Shown piece by piece: positions 28,158 to 37,329 of a stretch of DNA of 64,000 nucleotides. The stretch comes from an uncultured Mollicutes bacterium. GTDB taxonomy: Bacteria; Bacillota_I; Bacilli_A; RF39; UBA660. The position numbers were made by a program, and so were the translations under genes. Where the stretch lies: NCBI GenBank assembly GCA_900543055.1, contig UQQI01000001.1, positions 14,350 to 78,349 on the forward strand, given 5' to 3'. The notes beneath the pieces are model-generated. The model searched no databases and was not told where the DNA came from. It worked only from the letters and a program-made list of their open reading frames with translations. The first letter of the stretch is position 1. Each line of letters opens with the position of its first letter.

Positions 28158-28721
28158 TAAAACTTTGTCAATTAATCCATACTCACAAGCTTCACCTGCT
28201 GACATATAAAAATCTTTTTTTATATCATTTTCAATTTTTTTAATACTTTTTTTGGTATTTTTAGATAATATTTTATTTAACTTTTTTTGTAATTCAATTA
28301 TTCTATCAGTAGAATCTTTAATATTATTTGTACATCCTTCAAAACTACTTAGCACTTGATGTATCATAATATTTGTATTTGGAAGAGAATATCTTTTTCC
28401 AACAGTACCACTAGAAAGTAAAAATGCTCCCATGCTGGCTGCAGTACCAATACCTAATGTACAAATATCGCTACGTACTAAATTCATAGTATCATAAATT
28501 GCTAATCCACTAGACACACTACCACCAACAGAATTTATATATAAATAAATATCATCGTTTGATACAGAATCTAAATATAACAATTCCGCAATTACAATAT
28601 TACTAATATCATCATCAATTACACCACTTATAAATATTATTCTGTTATCTAATAACTTAGAATATAAGTCTAATCCAAGATTTTTTTTCTCATTGTCAAA
28701 TACAACCGGTATTAAATTCAT
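28155..28721 (-). CDS. clpP: ClpP-family serine protease subunit (188 aa from the MNLIPVV start)
   Basis: Strongly resembles the B. subtilis ClpP N-terminus (MNLIPTVIEQ…YSRLLKDRII). Ser (GTAASMGAFLL) and His (MIHQ) of the triad are present. The ORF-track start at 28823 adds 34 implausible residues. Confidence 0.65.
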   Translation of the reverse strand: MNLIPVVFDNEKKNLGLDLYSKLLDNRIIFISGVIDDDISNIVIAELLYLDSVSNDDIYLYINSVGGSVSSGLAIYDTMNLVRSDICTLGIGTAASMGAFLLSSGTVGKRYSLPNTNIMIHQVLSSFEGCTNNIKDSTDRIIELQKKLNKILSKNTKKSIKKIENDIKKDFYMSAGEACEYGLIDKVL

Positions 28722-28824
28722 TAAATCACCCATTATAAATATAGTGTCAAATAAAAAAAATATGCATATTATATTAGTATGAAGTATGTTATACTTTATA
28801 TGATAAGATGAAGGGGTGAACATT

Positions 28825-30480
28825 ATGATAGAAACAGTAAATGTTACTATTAATGATAAGAAATATAAGTATAGTAAAGATGTAACATTATTAGAAATAT
28901 ATAAGGAACATCAAACAGAATTTAAATATCCAATAATTCTTGCTAGAGTAAATAACAGATTAAATGAATTATCTTCAAAAATAAAAGAAGATTCAATAGT
29001 AGAATTTATTGATTTAACTTCACCAGAAGGAAATAGAGCACATGTAAACGGATTAGTGTTTATGCTTTTATATGCAGTAAAAAAACTATATGGAAAAACT
29101 GCTAATATAACTGTTCAACATTCACTAGATAAAGGTATTTATATTCAAACAAGCTTTAAACTAACAGAAGAAAAATTAGAAAAAATAAAAATATTGATGA
29201 AAGAAATAGTAAAAAAAGATTTACCGATTACAAAAGTAACAATTGATAGAATTGAAGCAATGAAGTATTTTATAGAAATCGGTAATCAAACTAAAGCAGA
29301 TACACTAAAATATAATACAGATAACTATATTACTTTATATAGATTAGGTAGTATATATGATTATTTCTATAATAAGATGCCACCATCAACTGGAAAATTA
29401 AAAGACTTTGATTTAACTTATATAAAAGATAATGGATTTACCTTGAGATTCCCAACTGTCTATATAAATGATAAAATAAAGAAATATGAACATCATCCAC
29501 ATATGTTTGAAGTTTTTGCAGAATACAAGGAGTGGGCAAAATTAATTGGAGTAAAGAATTCAGTAGATTTAAATAAAGTAGTATCAACAGGAAAAATAAG
29601 TGATTTAATAAAAATAGATGAAACACTACAAAGTAATAGGTTATTAAATGTAGCTAAGGCTATAAATACAAGAAAAAATAAAGTAAAAGTAGTATTAATG
29701 GCAGGTCCATCTTCATCAGGAAAAACAACAACATCAAGAAAACTATGCATGTATTTAAAAAGTTTTGGACTAGAGCCACAAACTATAGGTATGGATGATT
29801 ATTTTGTAGAAAAAGAAGAAACACCAAAAGACATAAATGGAAATTATGATTTTGAATGTTTAGAAGCAATAGATTTAAAATTATTTGATAAAGTTATTTC
29901 AGATTTACTAGAAGGAAAAAAAGTAAAACTTCCAACTTATAATTTTGGATTAGGAAAAAAAGAATATCATAATGAAATGCAATTAGGTGATAAAGATATT
30001 TTAATTATCGAAGGAATCCATGCATTAGATCCTAAAATTCTTTCTAACATAAGTAGAGAAAAGAAATTTAAAATATACATTTCACCATTAACAGAATTAA
30101 GTATAGATGACCATAATCGTATTCCTACAACAGATAATAGACTTTTAAGAAGAATAGTTCGTGATAATAGAACAAGAAATTATAGTGTTGAAAAAACAAT
30201 TAAACAATGGCCTAGTGTAAGACTTGGAGAAGAAAAATATATATTTCCATATCAAGATGAAAGCGATGCTACAATAAACTCAGCAGCAATTTATGAAATT
30301 GGAGTTTTAAAGACTTATGCTGAACCATTATTATATTCTGTTGAAAGTGACTCCCCATGCTATGAAGAAGCAAAAAGATTAATAAACTTCCTACGCTCTT
30401 TCTTACCTATACCATCAGAATCAATTCCACAAGATGCGGTAATTAGAGAGTTTATTGGAGGAAGCTATTTTCATGAATAG
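28825..30480 (+). CDS. TGS-domain plus uridine kinase-like P-loop NTPase fusion protein (ThrRS-N/uridine kinase family)
   Basis: RBS AAGGGG precedes ATG 28825. N-terminal TGS/ThrRS-like domain. C-terminal P-loop LMAGPSSSGKTTTSRKL with a PRK/uridine kinase-like fold. 552 aa. Confidence 0.6.
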   Translation: MIETVNVTINDKKYKYSKDVTLLEIYKEHQTEFKYPIILARVNNRLNELSSKIKEDSIVEFIDLTSPEGNRAHVNGLVFMLLYAVKKLYGKTANITVQHSLDKGIYIQTSFKLTEEKLEKIKILMKEIVKKDLPITKVTIDRIEAMKYFIEIGNQTKADTLKYNTDNYITLYRLGSIYDYFYNKMPPSTGKLKDFDLTYIKDNGFTLRFPTVYINDKIKKYEHHPHMFEVFAEYKEWAKLIGVKNSVDLNKVVSTGKISDLIKIDETLQSNRLLNVAKAINTRKNKVKVVLMAGPSSSGKTTTSRKLCMYLKSFGLEPQTIGMDDYFVEKEETPKDINGNYDFECLEAIDLKLFDKVISDLLEGKKVKLPTYNFGLGKKEYHNEMQLGDKDILIIEGIHALDPKILSNISREKKFKIYISPLTELSIDDHNRIPTTDNRLLRRIVRDNRTRNYSVEKTIKQWPSVRLGEEKYIFPYQDESDATINSAAIYEIGVLKTYAEPLLYSVESDSPCYEEAKRLINFLRSFLPIPSESIPQDAVIREFIGGSYFHE

Positions 30481-30568
30481 TCCACAACTATCTGTGTAAA
30501 AAACACTCAAAAATAAAACTATAAGCAATTATTGTGGAAAAGAACAGCAAAAATAGAAAAACATATAA

Positions 30569-30597
30569 AAAATATCCATAATATGTGGATATTTTTA
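30569..30597. terminator. Imperfect inverted repeat AAAAATATCCA-N7-TGGATATTTTT (bidirectional terminator and/or operator) upstream of gap
   Basis: 11-nt arms flanked by an A-run and a T-run. Lies between the uridine-kinase-like gene end and the gap promoter region (TTGACA at about 30599). Confidence 0.35.
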
Positions 30598-30683
30598 TTT
30601 GACATATTTACAACTAAAACTTCTTGAATATATTGAAACAAAAAAGAGAAAAATATATAATGAAATCATAGGAGGATTGAAAA

Positions 30684-31688
30684 ATGATAAAAGTAGCAAT
30701 CAATGGATTTGGAAGAATCGGAAGATTATGTTTCCGTTTAATGGAAGAAAATGAGGAGTTCGAAGTAGTTGCAATTAACGACTTAACAGACGCAGAGCAA
30801 TTAGCTTATTTATTAAAATATGATACTAATCATAGAAATTATAGAATTGATGAAATCACAAGTGATGGAGATTATATTGTAATTGGAGATAGAAGAGTAA
30901 AAGTATATTCTGAAAAAGACCCAGCAATGTTACCTTGGAAAGATTTAGATATTGATGTAGTATTTGAATGTACAGGTTTATTCACATCTGAAGAAAAAGC
31001 AATGGCTCACATAAATGCAGGAGCAAAACATGTAATTATATCTGCACCAGCAAAAGGAGATATAAAAACAATAGTTTATAATGTTAATCACGAAACTTTA
31101 ACTGGAGATGAAAAAATTATTTCTGCTGCATCATGTACTACAAACTGTTTAGCACCAGTAGTAGACGTACTTGATAAAGAATTTGGAATAAATAAGGGAT
31201 ATATGACGACAGTTCACGCATATACTAATGACCAAGTTACTTTGGATGTTGCTCATAAAAAAGGAATAAATGCTCGTCGTGGAAGAGCTTGTGCTGCAAA
31301 TATAGTACCAACATCAACAGGTGCTGCATCAGCAATAGGTAAAGTATGTCCTAACTTAGATGGCAAACTAGAAGGAACTGCAATGCGTGTTCCAGTACCA
31401 ACAGGCTCAGTTGTTGACTTAGTATTAGAATTAGGAAGAAATACAACTACAGAAGAAATAAATGAAGTATTAAAGAATGCACAAAATGAAACATTAAAAT
31501 ATACAGAAGATCCAATTGTCTCTAGTGATGTAATTGGAAGACGTTGCGGTTCATTAGTAGATGGACAATTAACAAGTATTGTAGAAGTAGATGGAAAACA
31601 ACTTGTTAAAGTAGTTTCTTGGTATGATAATGAAATGTCATATACTGCACAAATGGTAAGAACTGCAAAGTACTTAATGACAAAATAA
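30684..31688 (+). CDS. gap: Glyceraldehyde-3-phosphate dehydrogenase
   Basis: NGFGRIGR N-terminus, SCTTNC active-site cysteine motif. 334 aa. Confidence 0.95.
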   Translation: MIKVAINGFGRIGRLCFRLMEENEEFEVVAINDLTDAEQLAYLLKYDTNHRNYRIDEITSDGDYIVIGDRRVKVYSEKDPAMLPWKDLDIDVVFECTGLFTSEEKAMAHINAGAKHVIISAPAKGDIKTIVYNVNHETLTGDEKIISAASCTTNCLAPVVDVLDKEFGINKGYMTTVHAYTNDQVTLDVAHKKGINARRGRACAANIVPTSTGAASAIGKVCPNLDGKLEGTAMRVPVPTGSVVDLVLELGRNTTTEEINEVLKNAQNETLKYTEDPIVSSDVIGRRCGSLVDGQLTSIVEVDGKQLVKVVSWYDNEMSYTAQMVRTAKYLMTK

Positions 31689-31710
31689 GGGATAATATTC
31701 CCTTTTTTTT
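31687..31710 (+). terminator. Stem-loop with a U-tract between gap and pgk (partial terminator or processing site)
   Basis: AAGGGA-TAATAT-TCCCTT followed by T8. Confidence 0.5.
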
Positions 31711-31754
31711 GATTTAAATTAATGTTATACTGAAATAGATAGGAGAATTAGCCA

Positions 31755-32927
31755 ATGAAAACAATAAAAGATATAGATTTAAATGAAAAAAAAGTATTAA
31801 TAAGATGCGATTTTAATGTACCAATTAAAGATGGAAAAATAGTAGACGACACAAGAATAGAAGGTGCCCTACCTACAATAAAATATGCTATTGAACATAA
31901 TGCAAAAGTAATATTATTATCACATCTTGGAAGAGTTAAAGGACAAGAAGATTTAGAAAAAAATGACTTATCACCAGTTGCAGAATGTTTATCAAAAAAA
32001 TTAGAAAAAGATGTATTATTTAGTGAAAATACAAGAGGAGAAGAGTTAGAAGCAACAATAGATAGTATGTTACCAGGTGATGTGTTACTTATTCAAAATA
32101 CAAGATATGAAGATTTAAATGGGAAGAAAGAAAGTAAAAACGACCCTGAATTAGGAAGATATTGGGCCTCTTTAGGAGACGTGTTTGTAAATGATGCTTT
32201 TGGAACTGTCCATAGAGCTCATGCTTCTAATGTAGGAATTTCATCAAATATGGAATCATGTATTGGATTCTTAATAGAAAAGGAATTAAAAGCACTTAGT
32301 ATTTTAGAAGAGCCAACTCATCCTTTTGTTGTAATATTAGGTGGAGCCAAAGTATCAGATAAAATCGGTGTAATTGAAAATTTATTAACAAAAGCAGATA
32401 AAATATTAATAGGCGGAGGAATGGCATTTACATTCTTAAAAGCAAAAGGTTATGAAATTGGAAAATCATTGTTAGATGAAGAAAATATAGACTTTTGTAA
32501 AAAAATGTTAGAAAAATATTCTGAAAAAATAGAATTACCAGTAGACTTTGCTGTGACTAATGAATTTACAAATGAAGAAGACTATAGAGTAAAAATGGCT
32601 GATGAAATAACAAAAGATGAAATGGGCTTAGACATTGGTGAAAAAACAGTAGAAAAATATGAAAATATATTAAAAGATGCTTCAATTGTTATATGGAATG
32701 GACCTCTTGGAGTATATGAATTTGATAAATACAAAAAGAATACAGATGTATTATTAAAATACGTAGTTGAAAACAATATAAAAACAATTTTAGGTGGAGG
32801 AGACATTGTTGCAGCTGCAAGTAATGCAGGTTATAAAGATAAAGTATATCATGCATCTACTGGAGGAGGAGCAACACTTGAATATTTAGAGGGAAAAGAA
32901 TTACCAGGAATAGAAGCAATTAAGTAG
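31755..32927 (+). CDS. pgk: Phosphoglycerate kinase
   Basis: MKTIKDIDL…RCDFNVP N-terminus. 390 aa. Conserved PGK motifs. Confidence 0.95.
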   Translation: MKTIKDIDLNEKKVLIRCDFNVPIKDGKIVDDTRIEGALPTIKYAIEHNAKVILLSHLGRVKGQEDLEKNDLSPVAECLSKKLEKDVLFSENTRGEELEATIDSMLPGDVLLIQNTRYEDLNGKKESKNDPELGRYWASLGDVFVNDAFGTVHRAHASNVGISSNMESCIGFLIEKELKALSILEEPTHPFVVILGGAKVSDKIGVIENLLTKADKILIGGGMAFTFLKAKGYEIGKSLLDEENIDFCKKMLEKYSEKIELPVDFAVTNEFTNEEDYRVKMADEITKDEMGLDIGEKTVEKYENILKDASIVIWNGPLGVYEFDKYKKNTDVLLKYVVENNIKTILGGGDIVAAASNAGYKDKVYHASTGGGATLEYLEGKELPGIEAIK

Positions 32928-33434
32928 GTGAGAAGGTTGAATAGTGAGAGACTATTTTTAGTAGATCCATATGATGAAGATCATATGAAATTAGTAGAAG
33001 ATTTTGAAAAAGAAAACGAAATTCATACTATGACTGTAGAAAATGCAAAGAAAATACAACAAGTCCCAAGAGAAGAATATGAACAACATAAAAAACTTTC
33101 AAATGAAGTAAGAGAATCTTTATTTTTAGAATCTTCTTCTAAAATAAAAGATATATGCTACATTGAAGGAGAAAGAGATATAAAAACATGTAATATTTCT
33201 TTTCCTCCAATAAAAACAAAATTAAAAAACAGAAGATTAATTTCACTTGCTACAGATTATTCAATTCATACACTAGGAATGAAAGAAATATTCATAAAAA
33301 CAGCATCAAATGATAGAAATATGATAGAAAATCTAGAAGCAAAAGGCTTCGAAAGTCTAGGTGAAGAAAAAGGAAATGTTATATATTTAAAAGAAACAGA
33401 AGATACTTTAAACAATCAAAGGAAACTAGCATGA
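32928..33434 (+). CDS. Hypothetical cytosolic protein (about 165 aa), start uncertain (GTG 32928 or TTG 32937)
   Basis: Protein-like ORF inserted between pgk and tpiA. No motif recognised. Confidence 0.35.
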   Translation: MRRLNSERLFLVDPYDEDHMKLVEDFEKENEIHTMTVENAKKIQQVPREEYEQHKKLSNEVRESLFLESSSKIKDICYIEGERDIKTCNISFPPIKTKLKNRRLISLATDYSIHTLGMKEIFIKTASNDRNMIENLEAKGFESLGEEKGNVIYLKETEDTLNNQRKLA

Positions 33435-34429
33435 ATATATTAAAAGAAATAAAGAAAAATACACTAGTTTTATTGTTAATTACAATAATTGTATTATATG
33501 TAATATTAAAAGATGATTGGTTAAACATATCAAAAGCATTGACAACAATGGATGTAAAATATTTAATATTAGCTGTTATAGTATTTTTAATATCTGTTTC
33601 ATTAAAGGGAATAGCTAATTACTTAATTGTAAATGATAAGAAAAAAATCAGTGTAAAGGAAGCAATTAAACATAATTTCATAACACAATTTTTTAACGGA
33701 ATTACACCATTCTCAACAGGTGGACAACCTATGGAAATATATATGCTTACAGAACATGGTATTTCCTTACCAAAAGCCACAAACTATACAGTCCAAAGCT
33801 TTATCTTTTATCAAATTGCCTTAGTAATATGTGGAGCACTTGCTGTGACTTATAACTTTATATTTAAAATATTTCCTAAAGTAACATTCTTAAAGTACCT
33901 GGTATTATTGGGATTTGCTATAAACATATTTGTAGTAGTAATATTACTTTTAGTAGCAAATTCAAAAAAAACAACACAAAAGTTAAGTAATCTATGCAAA
34001 AAATCTTGCAAAAAATTAAAGATAAACGGAAAAGATGAAGAGATAGAAACTAAATTTGAAGATTTATATAACGGATTTAAAGAATTGTCAAAAAATAAAA
34101 AGTTATCCATAATTGGTATTTTCTTAAATATTTTAAGTTTGGGATTCTTATATTTAATACCTTTATTTGTTTTGTTTAGTATGGGTGACTTTACAAGTCT
34201 AAATATTGCAGACACAATAACTGCATCAGCCTATATCTATTTAATCGGAGCATTTGTTCCAATTCCAGGAGCAAGTGGTGGCATAGAATATGGATTTACT
34301 CAATTTTATGGTAATTTCATAAAAACAGGAACATTATCTGCAGTTTTATTGATTTGGCGCTTTATAACATATTATTTAGGTGTTATAATAGGTGCATTAA
34401 TTTTCAGTTTGGAAAAGAAGGTGAAATAA
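33431..34429 (+). CDS. Polytopic membrane protein, UPF0104/lysylphosphatidylglycerol-synthase-TM (flippase-like) family
   Basis: 332 aa, about 8 TM helices, basic-residue-rich loops. Translationally coupled (TAATG) to the downstream GT4 gene, a recurrent glycolipid-synthesis pairing. Confidence 0.45.
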   Translation: MNILKEIKKNTLVLLLITIIVLYVILKDDWLNISKALTTMDVKYLILAVIVFLISVSLKGIANYLIVNDKKKISVKEAIKHNFITQFFNGITPFSTGGQPMEIYMLTEHGISLPKATNYTVQSFIFYQIALVICGALAVTYNFIFKIFPKVTFLKYLVLLGFAINIFVVVILLLVANSKKTTQKLSNLCKKSCKKLKINGKDEEIETKFEDLYNGFKELSKNKKLSIIGIFLNILSLGFLYLIPLFVLFSMGDFTSLNIADTITASAYIYLIGAFVPIPGASGGIEYGFTQFYGNFIKTGTLSAVLLIWRFITYYLGVIIGALIFSLEKKVK

Positions 34430-35664
34430 TGCGTATTGGTATATTTTCAGAAACATATACTCCATATATTAGCGGTTTAGTTACAAGCGAAGTTATGCTA
34501 AAAAAAGCCTTAGAAAAACAAGGTCATGATGTATATGTAGTAACAGCTAACATTGAAAGTTTTAAATATGAATATGATGAAAAAGAAAAAATATTAAGAA
34601 TACCAGGACTACCAACTGGAATATATGATTCAAGACTAACTAGTATTTATCCAGTAAAAGCAGTTAAAAAAATTAGAAGTTGGAATTTAGATGTTATACA
34701 TTCACAAACAGAGTTTGCAATAGGAACATTCGCAAGATTAATTGCTAAACAATATAATATTCCATTAGTTCATACCTATCATACAATGTATGAAGATTAT
34801 ATTCATTACATAACAAAAGGTTATTTTCAAAAATCAAGTAAAAAATTATTAGAATACTTTACAAAGTTTTATTGTGATACAACTGCAACAGAATTAATCG
34901 TACCAACAACAAAAACTTATAAATTATTTACAGAAAAGTATAAATTTGAAAAAAATATTCACATAATTCCAACTGGAATTGAAGTAGAAAGATTCTTTAA
35001 GGAAAATATAAAAGAAGATGATGTAAGCGATTTAAGAAAACGCCTAAAATTAAATAAAAAAGACTTTATAATATTATTTGTAGGAAGATTGGCAGAAGAA
35101 AAAAACGTTGAATTTTTAATTTATGCACAACAGGAACTAGTAAAAAAATCTAAAAATATAAAATTAATAATTGTAGGTGACGGTCCAGATAAAGAAAAAT
35201 ATGAAAAATTAAGTAATAAACTTGGATTATCCGATAACATTATTTTTACAGGAAAGGCCGCTTGGGATGATATGCCATACTACTACCATATATCAAATGT
35301 ATTTGCTACAGCATCAAAAACAGAGACACAAGGTCTAACAATAATAGAAGCAATGGCGTCAAATGTTGTACCAGTTTGTATGAATGATGAAGCATTCCAA
35401 AGCATGGTAACAGAAGAATTAAATGGATTATTCTTTGAAACAAAGGAAGAATATGAAAAAAATATTATTAGATTATATGAAAATCCAAAGGAACTACAAA
35501 GATTTGATAAACAGGCAAGAATTCAGGCAGAACATTATAGCTCTAAAAATTATGCTGATAGAGTTATAGAAGTATATAATAGAGCAATCAAAGAAAAACA
35601 AGAAGAAAATAGATTTGGAGTTTTCTCAAAAATATATAAAAGTATTAAAAAGAGGTTTAAATGA
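34429..35664 (+). CDS. GT4 (GT-B) glycosyltransferase, diacylglycerol glycosyltransferase-like
   Basis: N-terminal MRIGIFSETYTPYISG, typical of MGS/GT4 lipid glycosyltransferases. E-x7-E region (TETQGLTIIEAMAS). 411 aa. Confidence 0.65.
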   Translation: MRIGIFSETYTPYISGLVTSEVMLKKALEKQGHDVYVVTANIESFKYEYDEKEKILRIPGLPTGIYDSRLTSIYPVKAVKKIRSWNLDVIHSQTEFAIGTFARLIAKQYNIPLVHTYHTMYEDYIHYITKGYFQKSSKKLLEYFTKFYCDTTATELIVPTTKTYKLFTEKYKFEKNIHIIPTGIEVERFFKENIKEDDVSDLRKRLKLNKKDFIILFVGRLAEEKNVEFLIYAQQELVKKSKNIKLIIVGDGPDKEKYEKLSNKLGLSDNIIFTGKAAWDDMPYYYHISNVFATASKTETQGLTIIEAMASNVVPVCMNDEAFQSMVTEELNGLFFETKEEYEKNIIRLYENPKELQRFDKQARIQAEHYSSKNYADRVIEVYNRAIKEKQEENRFGVFSKIYKSIKKRFK

Positions 35665-36365
35665 TAATAGCATTAAATAACAAGTCAAATTTAGAAAAAA
35701 ATAGATTTAGAGAATATCAAAAAGAACTTTCAACAATAAATACGTTTAACAAAATGATTGTGTGTCCCACTTTTTTGAATATAAGCAACTATAATTTAAA
35801 TAATTTTTCATTAGGGGCTCAAAATGTAAGTATTAATGATAATGGAGCATATACTGGTGAAATATCAGCAAGTCAATTAAAATCATTTGGTGTAGAATAT
35901 GCAATAGTAGGACACAGTGAAAGAAGACAATACCAAAAAGAGACAAATGACGAAATAAATAAAAAAGTAAACAACTTATTAGAAAATGATATTATTCCAA
36001 TATTATGTATTGGAGAAACTAGAGAAGAAAGAGAATCAGGAAAAGTTAAAGAGGTGTTAATCAAAGAATTACTAACAGCAGTTGAAAATGTCAATGATGA
36101 AGATAAAGAAAAAATAATTATTGCATATGAGCCAATTTGGGCAATTGGAACAGGGATAATTCCAACCAATAGTGAAATAGAGGAAGTTTTTCAATTAATT
36201 AAAAAAAATTTTCCCAAAAATAAGGTACTCTATGGAGGAAGTGCAAATGAAAAAAACATAGATATCTTAAATCAGTGCAAAATAATAGATGGTTATTTAT
36301 TAGGTGGAATAAGTCTAAAACCAGATAAATTAAAAATATTTCTTTCGAAACTAGAAAATAGGTAA
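35661..36365 (+). CDS. tpiA: Triosephosphate isomerase
   Basis: Catalytic N-x-K (LNNKSN), GHSERR, AYEPIWAIGTG. 234 aa. Confidence 0.85.
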   Translation: MIIALNNKSNLEKNRFREYQKELSTINTFNKMIVCPTFLNISNYNLNNFSLGAQNVSINDNGAYTGEISASQLKSFGVEYAIVGHSERRQYQKETNDEINKKVNNLLENDIIPILCIGETREERESGKVKEVLIKELLTAVENVNDEDKEKIIIAYEPIWAIGTGIIPTNSEIEEVFQLIKKNFPKNKVLYGGSANEKNIDILNQCKIIDGYLLGGISLKPDKLKIFLSKLENR

Positions 36366-36377
36366 GTTTTAAGAATC

Positions 36378-36400
36378 GACAAAACTTGTCTATTTTTTTT
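36378..36400 (+). terminator. Weak terminator after tpiA
   Basis: GACAA-AAC-TTGTC stem followed by TATTTTTTTT. Confidence 0.35.
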
Positions 36401-36466
36401 CTTTATCTTTTTAATTCGATAGTATATAATTAAGATACGTGGTAAAAAGAATAAAGAGGAGAAATT

Positions 36467-37243
36467 ATGAATAAAATAAAATTATTAATTATTGATGATA
36501 ATAAAAATTTAGTAGATATGATAAGAGAGTACTTTAAAGATAATAAGAAAATATCAGTTAATTACGTAGCTGAAGATGGAAAGTATGGAATAGATATTAT
36601 TGATAAACATTCGGATAATATAGATATAATCTTACTAGATTTAGTAATGCCAAGAGTAGATGGGGTTGAAGTTTTAGAATATCTTAAGAAAAATAATATA
36701 AATAAAAAAATTATTGTTCTTACATCTTATAATACACAAGAAATGATTAGAAAAGTATCTGAACTTGGTGCTTGTTACTACATATTGAAACCATTTGAAT
36801 TAAGTCATCTAAAAGCAAAAATAGAAAGTGTGTATGCTAGTCACAGTAATCCAAATGAAAGTGTTGACCTGTTTCAAAACAATTTACAAATCTCAATTTC
36901 AAAAACACTTCATGAACTTGGAGTTCCATCACATGTTAAAGGATATCAATATATTAGAGAAGGAATAACACTAGTATTTAAAAATCCAGAATATATAGGT
37001 GGAATAACAAAAGAATTATATCCAGCAATTGCAAAAACATTTGATTCAACTGCATCTCGTGTAGAAAGAGCAATTAGACATGCAATTGACATTAGTTGGA
37101 CAAGAGCAAATTGGGATTATATGGTAGAATTATTTGGATACACAATAGACATAGAAGGTGCAAAACCGACAAATTCAGAGTTTATAGTAACAATAGCAGA
37201 CAAACTAAGATTAGAATATAACACTCCAATAAGACAATCATAA
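36467..37243 (+). CDS. spo0A: Stage 0 sporulation protein A (response regulator with a Spo0A-C DNA-binding domain)
   Basis: Receiver domain (LIIDDN…LLDLVMP) plus the characteristic Spo0A C-terminal domain (ISKTLHELGVPSHVKGYQYIREGI…TASRVERAIRHAI). Confidence 0.85.
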   Translation: MNKIKLLIIDDNKNLVDMIREYFKDNKKISVNYVAEDGKYGIDIIDKHSDNIDIILLDLVMPRVDGVEVLEYLKKNNINKKIIVLTSYNTQEMIRKVSELGACYYILKPFELSHLKAKIESVYASHSNPNESVDLFQNNLQISISKTLHELGVPSHVKGYQYIREGITLVFKNPEYIGGITKELYPAIAKTFDSTASRVERAIRHAIDISWTRANWDYMVELFGYTIDIEGAKPTNSEFIVTIADKLRLEYNTPIRQS

Positions 37244-37246
37244 AGG

Positions 37247-37275
37247 CTAGAAATAGTCTTTTTTATTTGACAAAT
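37247..37275 (+). terminator. Terminator after spo0A
   Basis: AGGCTA-GAAA-TAGTCT stem (one G-U pair) followed by TTTTTTATTT. Confidence 0.4.
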
Positions 37276-37329
37276 ATATTATAAAAAATGTATACTTAAT
37301 TTATGAAATATGTGAGGTGAAGACAGTAA

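Noticed and set aside
28722-28823. N-terminal 34-codon extension of the clpP-like ORF
   Set aside because: The ClpP family alignment starts at MNLIPVV. The extension is hydrophobic junk with no RBS, so the later start was preferred.
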